Of a stretch of DNA of 64,000 nucleotides, positions 1-10,876 are shown one piece after another; positions within the stretch are counted from its first letter, which is position 1; every line of letters begins with the position of its first letter. The notes under the pieces were generated by a model. That model was not told the origin of the DNA, made no database searches, and was given only the letters and a program-made list of their open reading frames with translations. The stretch lies in IMG/VR virus record IMGVR_UViG_3300042554_000362, positions 341 to 64,340 of that record, one strand, 5' to 3'. Origin of the DNA: a virus (Duplodnaviria; Caudoviricetes). A program made the translations under genes and the position numbers.

Positions 1-280
1 CTGAATTAGGACTGGCAGCACCACCACCACCCACTTGAATATTATAAGCAGTCCCTGGATTTAATACCACACTACCAGTTCTGAATCCGCCACCACCTCC
101 ACCTCCAGCACTTGCTCCTCCACCGCCTGCTACTACCAAATACTGTGTGTTAAATGGTCCCAGTGTGGTGGTTGTGGTAGTTGTAGTCGTGGTTGTGGTA
201 GTAGTTGTGGTAGTAGTGGTTACTGGGTAGCGTTTTACCCTGGTAAATGTTTCATAAGCAAGACTGGCTAACTTGGGCAT
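1..280 (-). CDS. Glycine-rich adhesin-like protein with a 19-Thr linker; partial, runs off the window edge
   Basis: Not in the ORF track. Manual translation from ATG at 280 gives MPKLASLAYETFTRVKRYPV-T19[29 protein letters not shown]..., the same domain start as the neighbouring paralogues. Confidence 0.8.
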   Translation of the reverse strand, partial: MPKLASLAYETFTRVKRYPVTTTTTTTTTTTTTTTTTTTLGPFNTQYLVVAGGGGASAGGGGGGGFRTGSVVLNPGTAYNIQVGGGGAASPNS

Positions 281-283
281 GGT

Positions 284-1363
284 TTACCCAAATGAGCTTA
301 AACTGCCATGCACTGTCCATGCAGAATTTACTCTAACCAATGAAAATGAGTAAATTTCCTTTTTATTGGCTGTGTTGGTAGGAACCACACTGTCAAACCA
401 ATTAATGGTTTGACCTACGCCATCTATTTGTACTGCTGTAATACCATATGGTGTAGCACCTTGATAGAAAAACAGCACATAAGTAATCACTGCATTGTTA
501 TTGGTGCTGACATTGGTAAAGTTTGCTGTGACATTGCCTGATATGCTGCTAAAATGCCAAAGCGTGCCCACGTTATAACTGCATGCCACTGTGCCACTGC
601 TAAAAGTCAGTGTGCTGAATACTTCTGCATTGGCCACAATACCAGTGGCTCCTGTTAATCCAGTGGCTCCTGTGACACCAGTAGCACCAGTGGCTCCTTG
701 TGTGCCTGCTGTGCCAGTGGCTCCTGTAGCTCCTTGTGTTCCTATGCCGGTGGCACCAGTGGCACCCGTATTCCCAGTGATACCTGTTGATCCAGTGGCT
801 CCTTGTGTGCCTGCTGCGCCAGTTGCTCCTGTAGCTCCGGCTGCACCAATGTTACCAGTGATACCTGTAGCGCCCGGTGTTCCGGTAGCTCCAGTAGCAC
901 CATTGGTGCCTGCAGGACCAGTAGCTCCAGTGGCTCCTGCTGTGCCTGCACCTGCTTCTCCGGTGCTACTAGTACTGGCAATACCGATCCAGACATTGCT
1001 TAATAGTATTGCTAGATCGCCAGAGTCTGAATCCAGCCAAAGTGCACCATTGGTTTGATTAGATGGCGCTGTGTTACTGACTGTGACTGTGGCACCTGAT
1101 CCACCTGATCCACCACCAGCCGCTGTGATAAAATCTGCCCATTGCCCACCATAGTAAGCAGTCATTTCTGCTGTATCGCTGTTGAGCCATAAACTACCCA
1201 GGGTTGTGGTTGTTGGTGCTGTGTTACTTACTGTAACTGATGCGCCACCCGTGCCTGTGCCTGTTACCAAGCTGGTCCAGCCTGATCCATTGTAGGTCCA
1301 GGTACGGCCACCTGTGGTATGCTCTTGATTTACAGTAGGGTTTGATGGAAATAATAAGGGCAT
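284..1363 (-). CDS. Collagen-like fibre protein (N-terminal shared module, two TVSNTAP/LWL modules, GAT collagen, C-terminal beta domain)
   Basis: 359 aa. Contains the [10 protein letters not shown]...WTYNGSGW module and (GAT)n triplets. Confidence 0.75.
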   Translation of the reverse strand: MPLLFPSNPTVNQEHTTGGRTWTYNGSGWTSLVTGTGTGGASVTVSNTAPTTTTLGSLWLNSDTAEMTAYYGGQWADFITAAGGGSGGSGATVTVSNTAPSNQTNGALWLDSDSGDLAILLSNVWIGIASTSSTGEAGAGTAGATGATGPAGTNGATGATGTPGATGITGNIGAAGATGATGAAGTQGATGSTGITGNTGATGATGIGTQGATGATGTAGTQGATGATGVTGATGLTGATGIVANAEVFSTLTFSSGTVACSYNVGTLWHFSSISGNVTANFTNVSTNNNAVITYVLFFYQGATPYGITAVQIDGVGQTINWFDSVVPTNTANKKEIYSFSLVRVNSAWTVHGSLSSFG

Positions 1364-1390
1364 AATCTAGTATTTACGCTAGGCTAAATG
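1359..1390. repeat. 32-nt exact repeat spanning a gene junction (second copy at 13752-13783)
   Basis: GGCATAATCTAGTATTTACGCTAGGCTAAATG occurs at both positions. Confidence 0.85.
1371..1376 (-). promoter_or_regulatory. TAAATA late-promoter motif (representative of a recurring element)
   Basis: The same hexamer lies on the minus strand upstream of starts at 4098, 7345, 10868, 13764, 16846, 20769, 30801, 41448, 44862, 45447, 49718, 50012, 51796 and 53923. Confidence 0.7.
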
Positions 1391-4091
1391 AGACAGTGCC
1401 TGTGCCGGCTGTGACTGAATATATCCGAGAACCAACTACAGCAGTGGTATTAGCTGTGGTAGTCAAGCCTGCTGAGAACGTGGCTGTATATGTGCTTGGA
1501 ATACGCAGTATAACTATGCCTGACCCTCCAGTGGCAGGAGTATTATTGGCTCTGGAACCACCGCCACCGCCACCGGTATTTGCTGTTCCTGCTGTAGCAG
1601 CTCCTGAATTATTTCCAGCGCCGCCGCCTCCAATACCTCCAGTGCCCGCAGGCCCTGAATTAGTAGATCCGCCTCCGCCTCCAGCGTAATTAACCGACGA
1701 GCCTGTTATTGAAGAACTTAACCCTGCGCCACCATTGCCTCCACTTGAATTAGTTCCATTGGTTCCTGCTGCCCCTGCACCACCACCGCCGCCGGTTCCA
1801 TAGCCTGGTGCACTATTTTGACCACTGCCTCCATTATTACCTTGACTAGGAGTAGTAGACGGAGTATTCCCAGCACCACCAGCGCCTCCATTGCCACCGC
1901 CACCACCAGATCCACCAGATGCCCCGTTTCCAGGATACGCTGCATATCCACCTGCTCCACCACCTGTTGAAGTTATAGTAGAAAAAATAGAATTGGTACC
2001 GCTGGTTCCAATTGATCCTCCAGATCCAACTGTAACATCGTAAGCGGTTCCAGTGTTTAAGGTGGTAAAAGTTCCTGTTCTAAACCCACCGCCACCACCG
2101 CCACCGCAATTTTCATTAGTAGTAGTGCCGCCTCCGCCTCCGCCGGCTACCACTAAATAATCCACTGTAAGTGCGGGTGGTGTGGTTTGTAGCGCAAAAG
2201 TACCAGTACCAGCTGTGAATCTGGTATGTCTAAATCCATTGCCTTGACTGACGGTTTCCGCAGTTAGGCCAGTACCAACATTGGCATAATAAGTGTCTGG
2301 ATAACGCACAATGACTACACCAGAACCACCTGCCGCCCCAACACTAGAGGGCCCTCCTTTGCCGCCCCCACCACCAGCCCCAGAATTAACCGGCCCCGGA
2401 AGTCCATTTAGCACTGAAGGACCTCCTGCGCCATTATTACCTAATCCAGATCCCCCCGTTCCACCGGTAGTACTTCCACCACCACCCCCACCACTGGCAT
2501 AAGTTACAGTGGTGCCAGATATTGATGAACTAGATCCGGCTCCCCCAGCACCGCCTGTAGGCCCAGAGCCATTTGATCCTGCTCCGCTTGCGCCACCGCC
2601 ACCGCCACCGCTATTACCTACACCGCCAGTAACACCTCCGTTTCCACCACTACTGCCTTGGCTTGGGGAAGTTGAAGGGGTATTACCAGCGCCACCAGTA
2701 CCAGTATCGCCACCACCTCCACCACCAGAGCCACCGCTTGCCCCTGCTTGGCTTGATCCAGCCCCGCCGTATCCACCACCAGTTGAAGTTATTGTGCTAA
2801 AAATACTATCAGAACCATTTGCACTAACAGCACCTCCAGAACCAACAGTAACAGTGTAACTAGCACCAGCGGTAATGGTAAATCCTGTTCCCGTTCTAAA
2901 TCCTCCAGCACCACCTCCACCTGCTCCTGATGGGCCCGAATTACCACCACCCCCACCAGCAACTACCAAATAATCCACCGAAATCGGAGGACTTGATGTA
3001 AACGCTACATTACCAGTACCAGCTGTGAATGTAGATACTTTATTCTGACCTATGGTAACTGTACTAGTAGTCAGGCCTGCATCTGCAATCATGTAGAAAA
3101 TTGAGGGATAGCGTAGGATAACAATGCCAGAACCACCGCTACCACCCACTGACACAGTTGTCGCTGGACCGCCGGTGGTTCCCCCGCCACCCCCGCCGCC
3201 GGTGTTGGTTGACCCTGCTGTGCCAGTGGTTATTGTACCTGTATCTCTGCCCCCTGTACCTCCTACTGCATAAGTGGTAAGAGTTCCTGTGATAGATGAA
3301 GTTCCTCCAGAGCCGCCTGTACCTCCGCTGGTGTTTGTTCCATTATTACCTGTGCCCCCGGCACCTCCACCACCACCTGCACCATAATTAGGGCCACTGT
3401 AATTTCCTGCTCCTCCGTTATTTCCTTGACTAGGTGTTGTAGATGGAGTATTACCTATACCTCCGGTACCACCTGCTCCATGAGCACCTCCCCCGCTTCC
3501 ACCAGAACCACCGTTTACATTACCACCACCACCTGCGCCAAATCCCCCACCGGTTGCTGTAATTGTTCCAAAAATACTGTTACTACCACCGGCACCCGGA
3601 CCACTTGTAGCACTGGAGGCTCCGCCTCCACCTACTGTTACAGTGTAGGTAGTTGTAAAATTTACAGACTGCGTTCCTGACCGAAATCCCCCTGCACCGC
3701 CACCGCCACCACCGGCACCTATGGTTGCTGCGTTAGATCCTGCGCCACCGCCACCAGCCACAACTAAGTAATCTAGACTCATTGTGGTGGCTGAACTGGT
3801 AACGCCCGACACTGTGATCCAACTGCTGAGCGTGACATCATAGTATTCTACACGATCTAGGTCGGTGTTGAATCGCATGTAACCGTCATTAACTGAAGTT
3901 GGACGTTGGGCTGTGGTACCGCGAGGTAGGCTGAAGAATCCTGTTGATGTATTAGCACGATCTGACACATCAGCTGGCCCGGTTATGCTGGTTCCAGATT
4001 TCACCCAGGAATTACCATCATAACGCCATACAGAATTATTGTAGGTATATGTTTGATTTGTGGTGGGATTGGCTGGGAAACTTATGGGCAT
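1374..4091 (-). CDS. Glycine-rich fibre/adhesin protein with three Gly-rich domains
   Basis: 905 aa. Three [10 protein letters not shown]...GGSGxVIxRxP repeats, the N-terminal MPISFPANPT module and an LPRGTTAQRP module. Confidence 0.75.
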   Translation of the reverse strand: MPISFPANPTTNQTYTYNNSVWRYDGNSWVKSGTSITGPADVSDRANTSTGFFSLPRGTTAQRPTSVNDGYMRFNTDLDRVEYYDVTLSSWITVSGVTSSATTMSLDYLVVAGGGGAGSNAATIGAGGGGGGAGGFRSGTQSVNFTTTYTVTVGGGGASSATSGPGAGGSNSIFGTITATGGGFGAGGGGNVNGGSGGSGGGAHGAGGTGGIGNTPSTTPSQGNNGGAGNYSGPNYGAGGGGGAGGTGNNGTNTSGGTGGSGGTSSITGTLTTYAVGGTGGRDTGTITTGTAGSTNTGGGGGGGTTGGPATTVSVGGSGGSGIVILRYPSIFYMIADAGLTTSTVTIGQNKVSTFTAGTGNVAFTSSPPISVDYLVVAGGGGGNSGPSGAGGGGAGGFRTGTGFTITAGASYTVTVGSGGAVSANGSDSIFSTITSTGGGYGGAGSSQAGASGGSGGGGGGDTGTGGAGNTPSTSPSQGSSGGNGGVTGGVGNSGGGGGGASGAGSNGSGPTGGAGGAGSSSSISGTTVTYASGGGGGGSTTGGTGGSGLGNNGAGGPSVLNGLPGPVNSGAGGGGGKGGPSSVGAAGGSGVVIVRYPDTYYANVGTGLTAETVSQGNGFRHTRFTAGTGTFALQTTPPALTVDYLVVAGGGGGGTTTNENCGGGGGGGFRTGTFTTLNTGTAYDVTVGSGGSIGTSGTNSIFSTITSTGGGAGGYAAYPGNGASGGSGGGGGNGGAGGAGNTPSTTPSQGNNGGSGQNSAPGYGTGGGGGAGAAGTNGTNSSGGNGGAGLSSSITGSSVNYAGGGGGSTNSGPAGTGGIGGGGAGNNSGAATAGTANTGGGGGGSRANNTPATGGSGIVILRIPSTYTATFSAGLTTTANTTAVVGSRIYSVTAGTGTVSFSLA

Positions 4092-4100
4092 AATTAGTAT

Positions 4101-7100
4101 TTACGTGAATGTTACAGTACCGGTTCCGGCTGTAACTGAATATACTCGATATCCAGTTACTGCGGTATTTGATGTAGTCACAGTAAGACCAGCTGAGAAT
4201 GTGGCTGTGTAGAGATTTGGTATGCGTAAGACGACTATGCCAGAACCACCTGCGCCGCCATTATTACTAGCAGTAGCACTTCCGCCACCACCACCGCCAC
4301 CACTATTTGAACTTCCTGCACCACCAGGATTTCCACCGTTGCCTGCTCCGCCTTTCTCACTTGTAGTAGATGTCCCGCCACCTGCTCCTCGTAAAGGGGA
4401 CGAAGTTAAATTGTCTCCACCTCCACCACCTCCTCCGGCGTAAAATACAATCGATCCTGTGATAGTTGAACTCTGTGCTGCTCCACCATTCGAGGTGGAT
4501 CCACCAGCCCCTACACCACCAGCCCCTCCACCTCCACCACCACCATAGTTAGGTGCTACTAATTCTCCTGCTCCACCGTTGTTTCCTTGGCTAGGAGCGG
4601 TTGAAGGAGTGTTTCCTGTACCTGCAGATCCGGCTGTAGTGGAAGGTGTATTAGTTGTAGCTCCGCCTCCCCCAGAACCGCCTGACGCACCCGAAAGAGT
4701 ACTACCTGTTGGATGATAACCGCCACGTCCTCCACCAGTTGATGTGATTGTAGCAAAAGTCGAATTACTACCATTATTCTGAGCGGCGCCACCTGCTCCT
4801 ACACTTAAGGAATAAGATATACCTGTAAGTATATTTGTTAATAGACCGGTAAGAAAACCGCCGGCTCCACCTCCTGCTGCATTAGAAACTCCAGAAGTTC
4901 CATGGCCGCCACCCCCACCACCAGCAACGACCAAATAATCCACTGTGAGTGGTGGTGTGGTAGTGAATGATATCGATCCTGTGCCAGCTGTGAATCTTGT
5001 GTATTTTTCTGATGAACTTATGGCAACTGTTTCTGCTGTGAGACCGGTACCAATATTGATATAGTAGTTAGTAGAATAGCGTAGTACAACTACACCAGAA
5101 CCACCTGCGCCGCCTGTGTTTACTGTATTAGGAGGCCATCCTGATCCACCGCCGCCGCCACCTAAATTTGTAGTTCCAGCAGTTCCGGGCGCAGCAGTAG
5201 CACCAGCACCGCCACCGCCCGTGCCTCCTGAGCCTCCTGTACCACCATTATAGGTTCCTCCACCGCCTCCACCTGCGTAAAATGTGCTTGAACCAGTGAT
5301 AGAATTACTTGTTCCAGCCCCACCGGTACCACCAACAGTACTAGATCCATTTCCACCTACTGCACCAGCTCCTCCTCCACCACCACAACCATAATTTGGT
5401 GCAGCAGCCCCGGTGCCGCCGTTATTACCTTGACTAGGTGTGGTACTCGGTGTATTACCTGACCCAATTGATCCCCCAGAGCCACCTCCACCTCCTGAAC
5501 CTCCGTTGCCGCCTGGTCCATTGCTAGAATGTCCGCCGCCGCCACCACCAGCAGTCTGAATAGTATCAAACAGTGAAAGGCTGCCTGCTGATCCTTGTAC
5601 AGCATTACCGCCACCTGCGCCACCACCCCCAACCGTGACCGTGTACAAAGTGTTTAGTCGTGCAGTGCTTTGAGTACCAGTTAAGAGTCCTCCTGCACCG
5701 CCTCCGGCGCCTGCTCCGGCAGCATTGCCAGCTCCGCACCCGCCACCGCCACCGGCTACCACTAGATATTGTACAGAGATAGGGGGTGAAGTTGAAAAAC
5801 TTATAGTACCAGTACCAGCCGTGAATGTGGTGATTTTGTAACCAGTTGTTGTCACTGTAGAATATGTAAGACCGGCTGATACAGTTTCATAATATAGAAT
5901 AGGGTATTTGATGATAACTATACCAGAGCCGCCATTACCACCTGCTGCGTTCAATCCGCCACCGCCACCACCACCACCACCGGTATTAGCAGTGGCGGCA
6001 GTTCCTGCCACACTGGGAGTATTAGAACCTGTACCGCCACCACCTACTCCACCTGCGCTGTTTGGCCCCGGCGGGAAACCACCACCACCTCCACCACCTG
6101 CATAAGCAACAGTTGTTCCAGAAATAGCCGAGTTGGCACCTGCGCCTCCGGATCCACCATTTTGCGGGGACGCACTCTGTCCATTTGACCCTACAGCACC
6201 AGCGCCACCACCACCTCCACCACCGCCACTTGCTGAACCACCATTATTTCCTTGACTTGGAGTTGTAGCAGGTGTATTTCCTGATCCACCAGCTGGGTTA
6301 CTGATTCCCCATCCTCCGCCTCCTCCTGAACCCCCGCTTCTACCTATACCCGAATTAGCACCATCTGCTCCACCGCCTCCGCCACCGCCCGTTGAAGTTA
6401 TAGATGAAATTACCGAATTACTACCATTGGAACCATCTCTATAGGTGCCGCTTGGCCCACCGCTACCAGTGCCCCCGGCACCAACAGTTACAGTATAGTC
6501 AGTTCCTGCCGAGACAGATAAATTAGTTGCTGCTCTGAATCCTCCTGCCCCGCCGCCACCGCCGTTGCTTCCACCACCACCACCACCAGCTACTACAAGA
6601 TATTCTAGGTCAAAAGTAGTAGCTACTGCACCGCCTGCGGTTTGTTGTAGCGCCATCCACGACTGATATGTACCGTTGTAGTATTCTATCTGTAGGGTAG
6701 TAGTATTGTATCTTGTATAACCTGATTGCGGGCTAGTTGGACGCTGTGCAGTAGTACCAGCTGGTATGCTAATAAAATCTGTTGCTGAATTAAATTGTCC
6801 ACTCACAGCCACAATATTGGCTGCGCCTGATCCACCGCTGACCACAGCCCAGGCATTACCAAAATATACATTGAGATCACCGGTTTCTGAATTCAACCAT
6901 AGGTTACCTTCTGTGGTGCCACTGGGCTTTGTGCCGCTTACTGTAACACTCGCTCCGCCGCCACCTCCTGATCCTGCTGGACCAGTTGCTCCTGTTAAGC
7001 CAGTAGCGCCTGCTGCGCCTGTTGCGCCAGTGGATCCGATACCAGTAGCACCTGTGGCTCCTATGCCAGTGGCACCCTGAACACCTGTTGCACCAGTCGC

Positions 7101-7337
7101 TCCGATACCAGTAGCACCAGTGGCACCCACATTACCTGTGATACCAGTAGAGCCAGTAGCGCCTACATTACCTGTGATACCAGTAGCGCCGGTAGCGCCT
7201 GCACCGGTAGCTCCAGTGGCACCAGTTAGCACTGTGCCTAAACCCACTTGCCAGCGCGAACCAGTCCAAAACCAGCTTACGCCTGCGTAGACATAAGTTT
7301 GATTTACTGTGGGATTTGATGGAAAATTTGCTGGCAT
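4101..7337 (-). CDS. Glycine-rich fibre/adhesin protein with GAT collagen and three Gly-rich domains
   Basis: 1078 aa. Same repeat framework as its neighbours. Confidence 0.75.
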   Translation of the reverse strand: MPANFPSNPTVNQTYVYAGVSWFWTGSRWQVGLGTVLTGATGATGAGATGATGITGNVGATGSTGITGNVGATGATGIGATGATGVQGATGIGATGATGIGSTGATGAAGATGLTGATGPAGSGGGGGASVTVSGTKPSGTTEGNLWLNSETGDLNVYFGNAWAVVSGGSGAANIVAVSGQFNSATDFISIPAGTTAQRPTSPQSGYTRYNTTTLQIEYYNGTYQSWMALQQTAGGAVATTFDLEYLVVAGGGGGGSNGGGGGAGGFRAATNLSVSAGTDYTVTVGAGGTGSGGPSGTYRDGSNGSNSVISSITSTGGGGGGGADGANSGIGRSGGSGGGGGWGISNPAGGSGNTPATTPSQGNNGGSASGGGGGGGGAGAVGSNGQSASPQNGGSGGAGANSAISGTTVAYAGGGGGGGFPPGPNSAGGVGGGGTGSNTPSVAGTAATANTGGGGGGGGGLNAAGGNGGSGIVIIKYPILYYETVSAGLTYSTVTTTGYKITTFTAGTGTISFSTSPPISVQYLVVAGGGGGCGAGNAAGAGAGGGAGGLLTGTQSTARLNTLYTVTVGGGGAGGGNAVQGSAGSLSLFDTIQTAGGGGGGHSSNGPGGNGGSGGGGGSGGSIGSGNTPSTTPSQGNNGGTGAAAPNYGCGGGGGAGAVGGNGSSTVGGTGGAGTSNSITGSSTFYAGGGGGGTYNGGTGGSGGTGGGGAGATAAPGTAGTTNLGGGGGGSGWPPNTVNTGGAGGSGVVVLRYSTNYYINIGTGLTAETVAISSSEKYTRFTAGTGSISFTTTPPLTVDYLVVAGGGGGGHGTSGVSNAAGGGAGGFLTGLLTNILTGISYSLSVGAGGAAQNNGSNSTFATITSTGGGRGGYHPTGSTLSGASGGSGGGGATTNTPSTTAGSAGTGNTPSTAPSQGNNGGAGELVAPNYGGGGGGGAGGVGAGGSTSNGGAAQSSTITGSIVFYAGGGGGGGDNLTSSPLRGAGGGTSTTSEKGGAGNGGNPGGAGSSNSGGGGGGGSATASNNGGAGGSGIVVLRIPNLYTATFSAGLTVTTSNTAVTGYRVYSVTAGTGTVTFT

Positions 7338-7347
7338 AATCTAATAT

Positions 7348-10300
7348 TTAACTGAATGTAACTGTTCCGGTGCCAGCCGTAACCGTGTAGATTTTGAATC
7401 CTGCTACAGCCGTTGAAGCTGCACTTGCAGTTAGTCCACCAGAAAATATAGCTGTATATGTATTCGGTATTTTAAGTATGACTATACCCGAACCGCCGCT
7501 ACCAGATGGTTGATAAGTAGGGGATCCAACGCCTCCACCACCACCACCACCGCCGGTATTCGCCAATCCCGCAGCACCATAATTATTACCAGCTGGGCCA
7601 TAAGTACCATTTTGTAAACCCGGAGGTCCCCCTGGACCGCCCGGCCCTGCACCGCCCCCGCCGCCTCCACCAAAACCACCTCTGCCACCTTGACTGGCTT
7701 CATAACTATGTCCACCTGCGGCTCCACCCCCGCCACCATAATAAAGATTTGTTCCGGTAATAGTGCTTTGTGTTCCGTGACCGGCCCTTCTTAGTTCTAG
7801 GGTATTTCCAGAAACCGGATAGGTATTAAGACCACCAGAGCCGTTGGCAAATGATCCAGAAGCAGCATTTTCTGGTGGGGGACCGGTTCTACCATTTCCA
7901 GCGGCAGCAGTTAAACTATTAAATGATGATGCATTACCGGCATTATAAGTACCTGCGGTAGTTGCAGTTGAGCCACCAGCACCAATGGTAATTGAATAAG
8001 GCACCGAAGTTGATAATGTTGCTGTATCAATAATTACTTGGCCCCCAGCTCCACCATGTGAATGCCCAGCGTAACCACTACTACCACCACCAACTATAAG
8101 ATATTCTACATATAGTCCAGAAACTGCTGTATAGGTAAATGTTCCTGTACCTGCTGTAAACCTTGTATATCTAATGCCCGATGCACCACTTGCAGAAGTG
8201 AATGTAAGTCCATTGGTAGCACTTACAATATATGTATTAGGATAACTTATTATAACAACACCAGATCCTCCGCCTCCGCCATGCGTAGCAGATGGATTTC
8301 CAAATCCTCCACCGCCTCCGCCACCTGTATTAGCTATACCAGGACTTCCCGAAGGTCCAGTATGAGTTTCACCACCTAGTCCACCTCCGTGACCGCCCCC
8401 ACCGTCACCACCAAATCCCACATTCTGAGTGCCATTTGCACTTGAACCACCGCCACCGCCACCGCCGCCATAATAAACCTGGCCTCCAATTATACTAGAT
8501 ACGATACCAACACCGCCTGCGCCAGAGTTAGCTCCGGAGCCTGTTGATCCTACTGCTCCTGCTCCGCCACCACCACCGGCAGGATACGGACTAGATGTTG
8601 AATTTTGTCCACCAGCATAACCTTGTGCCGGTGTTACAGACGGTGTGTTACCAGATGCTGCTGCGGCAAGACTGCTGCCAGCACGACCATTTCCACCGCC
8701 AGAACCACCAGATGCACCACCCGAAGGATCATAATCGCCGTTGCCTCCTCCACCACCGCCCGCTGAAGTTATAACGTCAAATACAGAATTTGATCCCGAT
8801 AGTCCGGTTCCAGCAGCCGATGGAGACGCACTTCCAGTACCTACTGCACCGCCGGCACCGATAGTGACTGTATACGATGTTCCGAGAAATATCGAATACC
8901 CAGTTCCAGTTCGTACACCACCAGCACCGCCCCCGCCACCTCCTGATTTTCCTCCGGATCCGCCACCAGCAACAACGATATAATCTGTAGCGATTGGCGG
9001 TGGCCTTACTATAATACTGAACTGTCGAGTAGACTGATTTCCTGCATTATCTGTGGCAGTAATTGAAAAAGTACTTGTTGTTGCGGAAGCTACGTCAGTG
9101 GGATCTCCACTTATAACTCCTGTAGATGAATTTAGACTTGTTCCAGGAGGTAATGATCCTGATGTCACTGAATATGATATAGTAGCCCCATTATCTGGGT
9201 CGGTAGCGACTACCGTCGCTATATTTGAATAATTTTCTCCGGAATGATTTATTGTAGCTATTAGACCAGCCGCAGTCACCCAAGTTGGCGCACTTCCGCA
9301 ATCAATACAATCTAATTTCACAACTTGACCACTAATTTGAATAACTTTGATATCCAATGGTTCTTGTGCAACTGTGAAATCTTGCGGAGTTGAGGCGGTC
9401 AAGGTTCCACTATTTACAAACGTTGTAACTGCTGCTGTATACTCTATGTTATTGTTATCAACAAACTTTACCACAGCATCGGATGTAAAATTAGCGCCGT
9501 TGATAGTGAATATGGTACCTGCTTCACCATTATATGTAGCAGGAGTTACTGTAGATATACTAGGCGGTTGGGCTCCAAAGCTGCCCCAACCTGCTGATGT
9601 ATACACTTCTGCGAAACCAGTAGTAGTATTATATCTGATCGCGCCAGTAGGAGGTGATCCCGGTCTCTGCGCCGTAGTACCGCTTGGCAAATCAAAATAC
9701 CCAGTACTGGTGTTAATTTGATCACTAACTGTGGTAGCGTTAGCTGATGCATTTGAGCCAGCTGGCCCTGTAGCACCTGTAGCACCGTTTATGCCTGCCA
9801 CGCCAGTTGCACCTGTGGCACCTGTGGCACCTACGCCAGTTGCACCTGTGGCACCGTTTGCGCCAGCTGAGCCAGTCGCCCCAGTAGCACCAACAATACC
9901 ACCATCGCCGGCTGGTTCTATCCAAATGCCAGTGGATCCTAGATCAGCAAACACAAACTCTTTGAGTGTTTCTGTGTCTAACCAACGATCCCCCGCTGTG
10001 GGCAATGTAGGAGCCGCATTACTATAAGTAAACTTGCCACCGCCTGATATAGGCACTGCATTACCCGAACTACCAACTGTTTGTAGCCCTGAGGCTGATG
10101 CCTGCAAAGTTATTACATTACCACCTGAACTTAGCTGTATGCTGCTGACTGTGAGTGGTACTGTGGCGGCAGCATTGGCCGCCGATGTAAAACTTACACC
10201 ATTGGCCGTACTTTTAATAGCAGTACCACCTAGGTCAATGGTATTACCAGATAAAAATAAGTCCCGCCAACGAGCTGCTGCTGCACCTAGGTCATAGGCA

Positions 10301-10455
10301 ACATTGGCAGTGGGCACAATGGAACTTGAAACTGCCAACAAATTGGCCACTGCTCCACTGGCTGGAAACCATCCTTTACCAGTGAATGTCCAAGCTCGAC
10401 CGCCAAATGTATAGACCTGACCCTGTGTAGGGTTGGTCGGGAAACTTATGGGCAT
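7348..10455 (-). CDS. Glycine-rich fibre/adhesin protein with IPT/TIG-like and He_PIG/cadherin-like Ig domains plus two Gly-rich domains
   Basis: 1035 aa. PSISTVTP...TINGANF resembles IPT/TIG; SGSLPPGTSLNSSTGVISG resembles He_PIG. Confidence 0.7.
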   Translation of the reverse strand: MPISFPTNPTQGQVYTFGGRAWTFTGKGWFPASGAVANLLAVSSSIVPTANVAYDLGAAAARWRDLFLSGNTIDLGGTAIKSTANGVSFTSAANAAATVPLTVSSIQLSSGGNVITLQASASGLQTVGSSGNAVPISGGGKFTYSNAAPTLPTAGDRWLDTETLKEFVFADLGSTGIWIEPAGDGGIVGATGATGSAGANGATGATGVGATGATGATGVAGINGATGATGPAGSNASANATTVSDQINTSTGYFDLPSGTTAQRPGSPPTGAIRYNTTTGFAEVYTSAGWGSFGAQPPSISTVTPATYNGEAGTIFTINGANFTSDAVVKFVDNNNIEYTAAVTTFVNSGTLTASTPQDFTVAQEPLDIKVIQISGQVVKLDCIDCGSAPTWVTAAGLIATINHSGENYSNIATVVATDPDNGATISYSVTSGSLPPGTSLNSSTGVISGDPTDVASATTSTFSITATDNAGNQSTRQFSIIVRPPPIATDYIVVAGGGSGGKSGGGGGGAGGVRTGTGYSIFLGTSYTVTIGAGGAVGTGSASPSAAGTGLSGSNSVFDVITSAGGGGGGNGDYDPSGGASGGSGGGNGRAGSSLAAAASGNTPSVTPAQGYAGGQNSTSSPYPAGGGGGAGAVGSTGSGANSGAGGVGIVSSIIGGQVYYGGGGGGGGSSANGTQNVGFGGDGGGGHGGGLGGETHTGPSGSPGIANTGGGGGGGFGNPSATHGGGGGSGVVIISYPNTYIVSATNGLTFTSASGASGIRYTRFTAGTGTFTYTAVSGLYVEYLIVGGGSSGYAGHSHGGAGGQVIIDTATLSTSVPYSITIGAGGSTATTAGTYNAGNASSFNSLTAAAGNGRTGPPPENAASGSFANGSGGLNTYPVSGNTLELRRAGHGTQSTITGTNLYYGGGGGAAGGHSYEASQGGRGGFGGGGGGGAGPGGPGGPPGLQNGTYGPAGNNYGAAGLANTGGGGGGGGVGSPTYQPSGSGGSGIVILKIPNTYTAIFSGGLTASAASTAVAGFKIYTVTAGTGTVTFS

Positions 10456-10460
10456 TTAGT

Positions 10461-10832
10461 TTACTGCGGTGCAGGAATTTCAACCCAGCTGGTAGTGTCC
10501 TCATCCCAACGATACATTTTACCGTCTGTGGGCATGGGAGTTGGTGGATCCCACAAGCATGAAGTTTCATTGAGCACCCAGCTGGCAAACGGCTTGGGTG
10601 GAATAAAAGCATCGCGCTGTGGATCATAGCTGTATCCTATGCCAGCATAATTTTTACGGTATGGAGTACCGCCACCAGAATGTACACCACCATGTGTGTT
10701 GTAGCTGGTGCGTTTGCACAATTGCCCACGGAATTGCCCGTAGTGTGCTTCCCAATCATAATTTGACTCATCTTTACCTACAATAACTTCAGTAACGATG
10801 TAGTTTTCATCCAAAAATGCATAATGTGCCAT
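10461..10832 (-). CDS. Small Trp/Pro-rich protein, putative fibre assembly/partner protein
   Basis: 123 aa (MAHYAFLD...RKNYAGIGYSYD...DAFIPPKP...W). Has an AGGAG RBS and its own TAAATA. The function is inferred from context. Confidence 0.6.
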   Translation of the reverse strand: MAHYAFLDENYIVTEVIVGKDESNYDWEAHYGQFRGQLCKRTSYNTHGGVHSGGGTPYRKNYAGIGYSYDPQRDAFIPPKPFASWVLNETSCLWDPPTPMPTDGKMYRWDEDTTSWVEIPAPQ

Positions 10833-10876
10833 TTATTACTCCTTGTTTGAAATGAAATAGCGTATTGTATTTAAGC

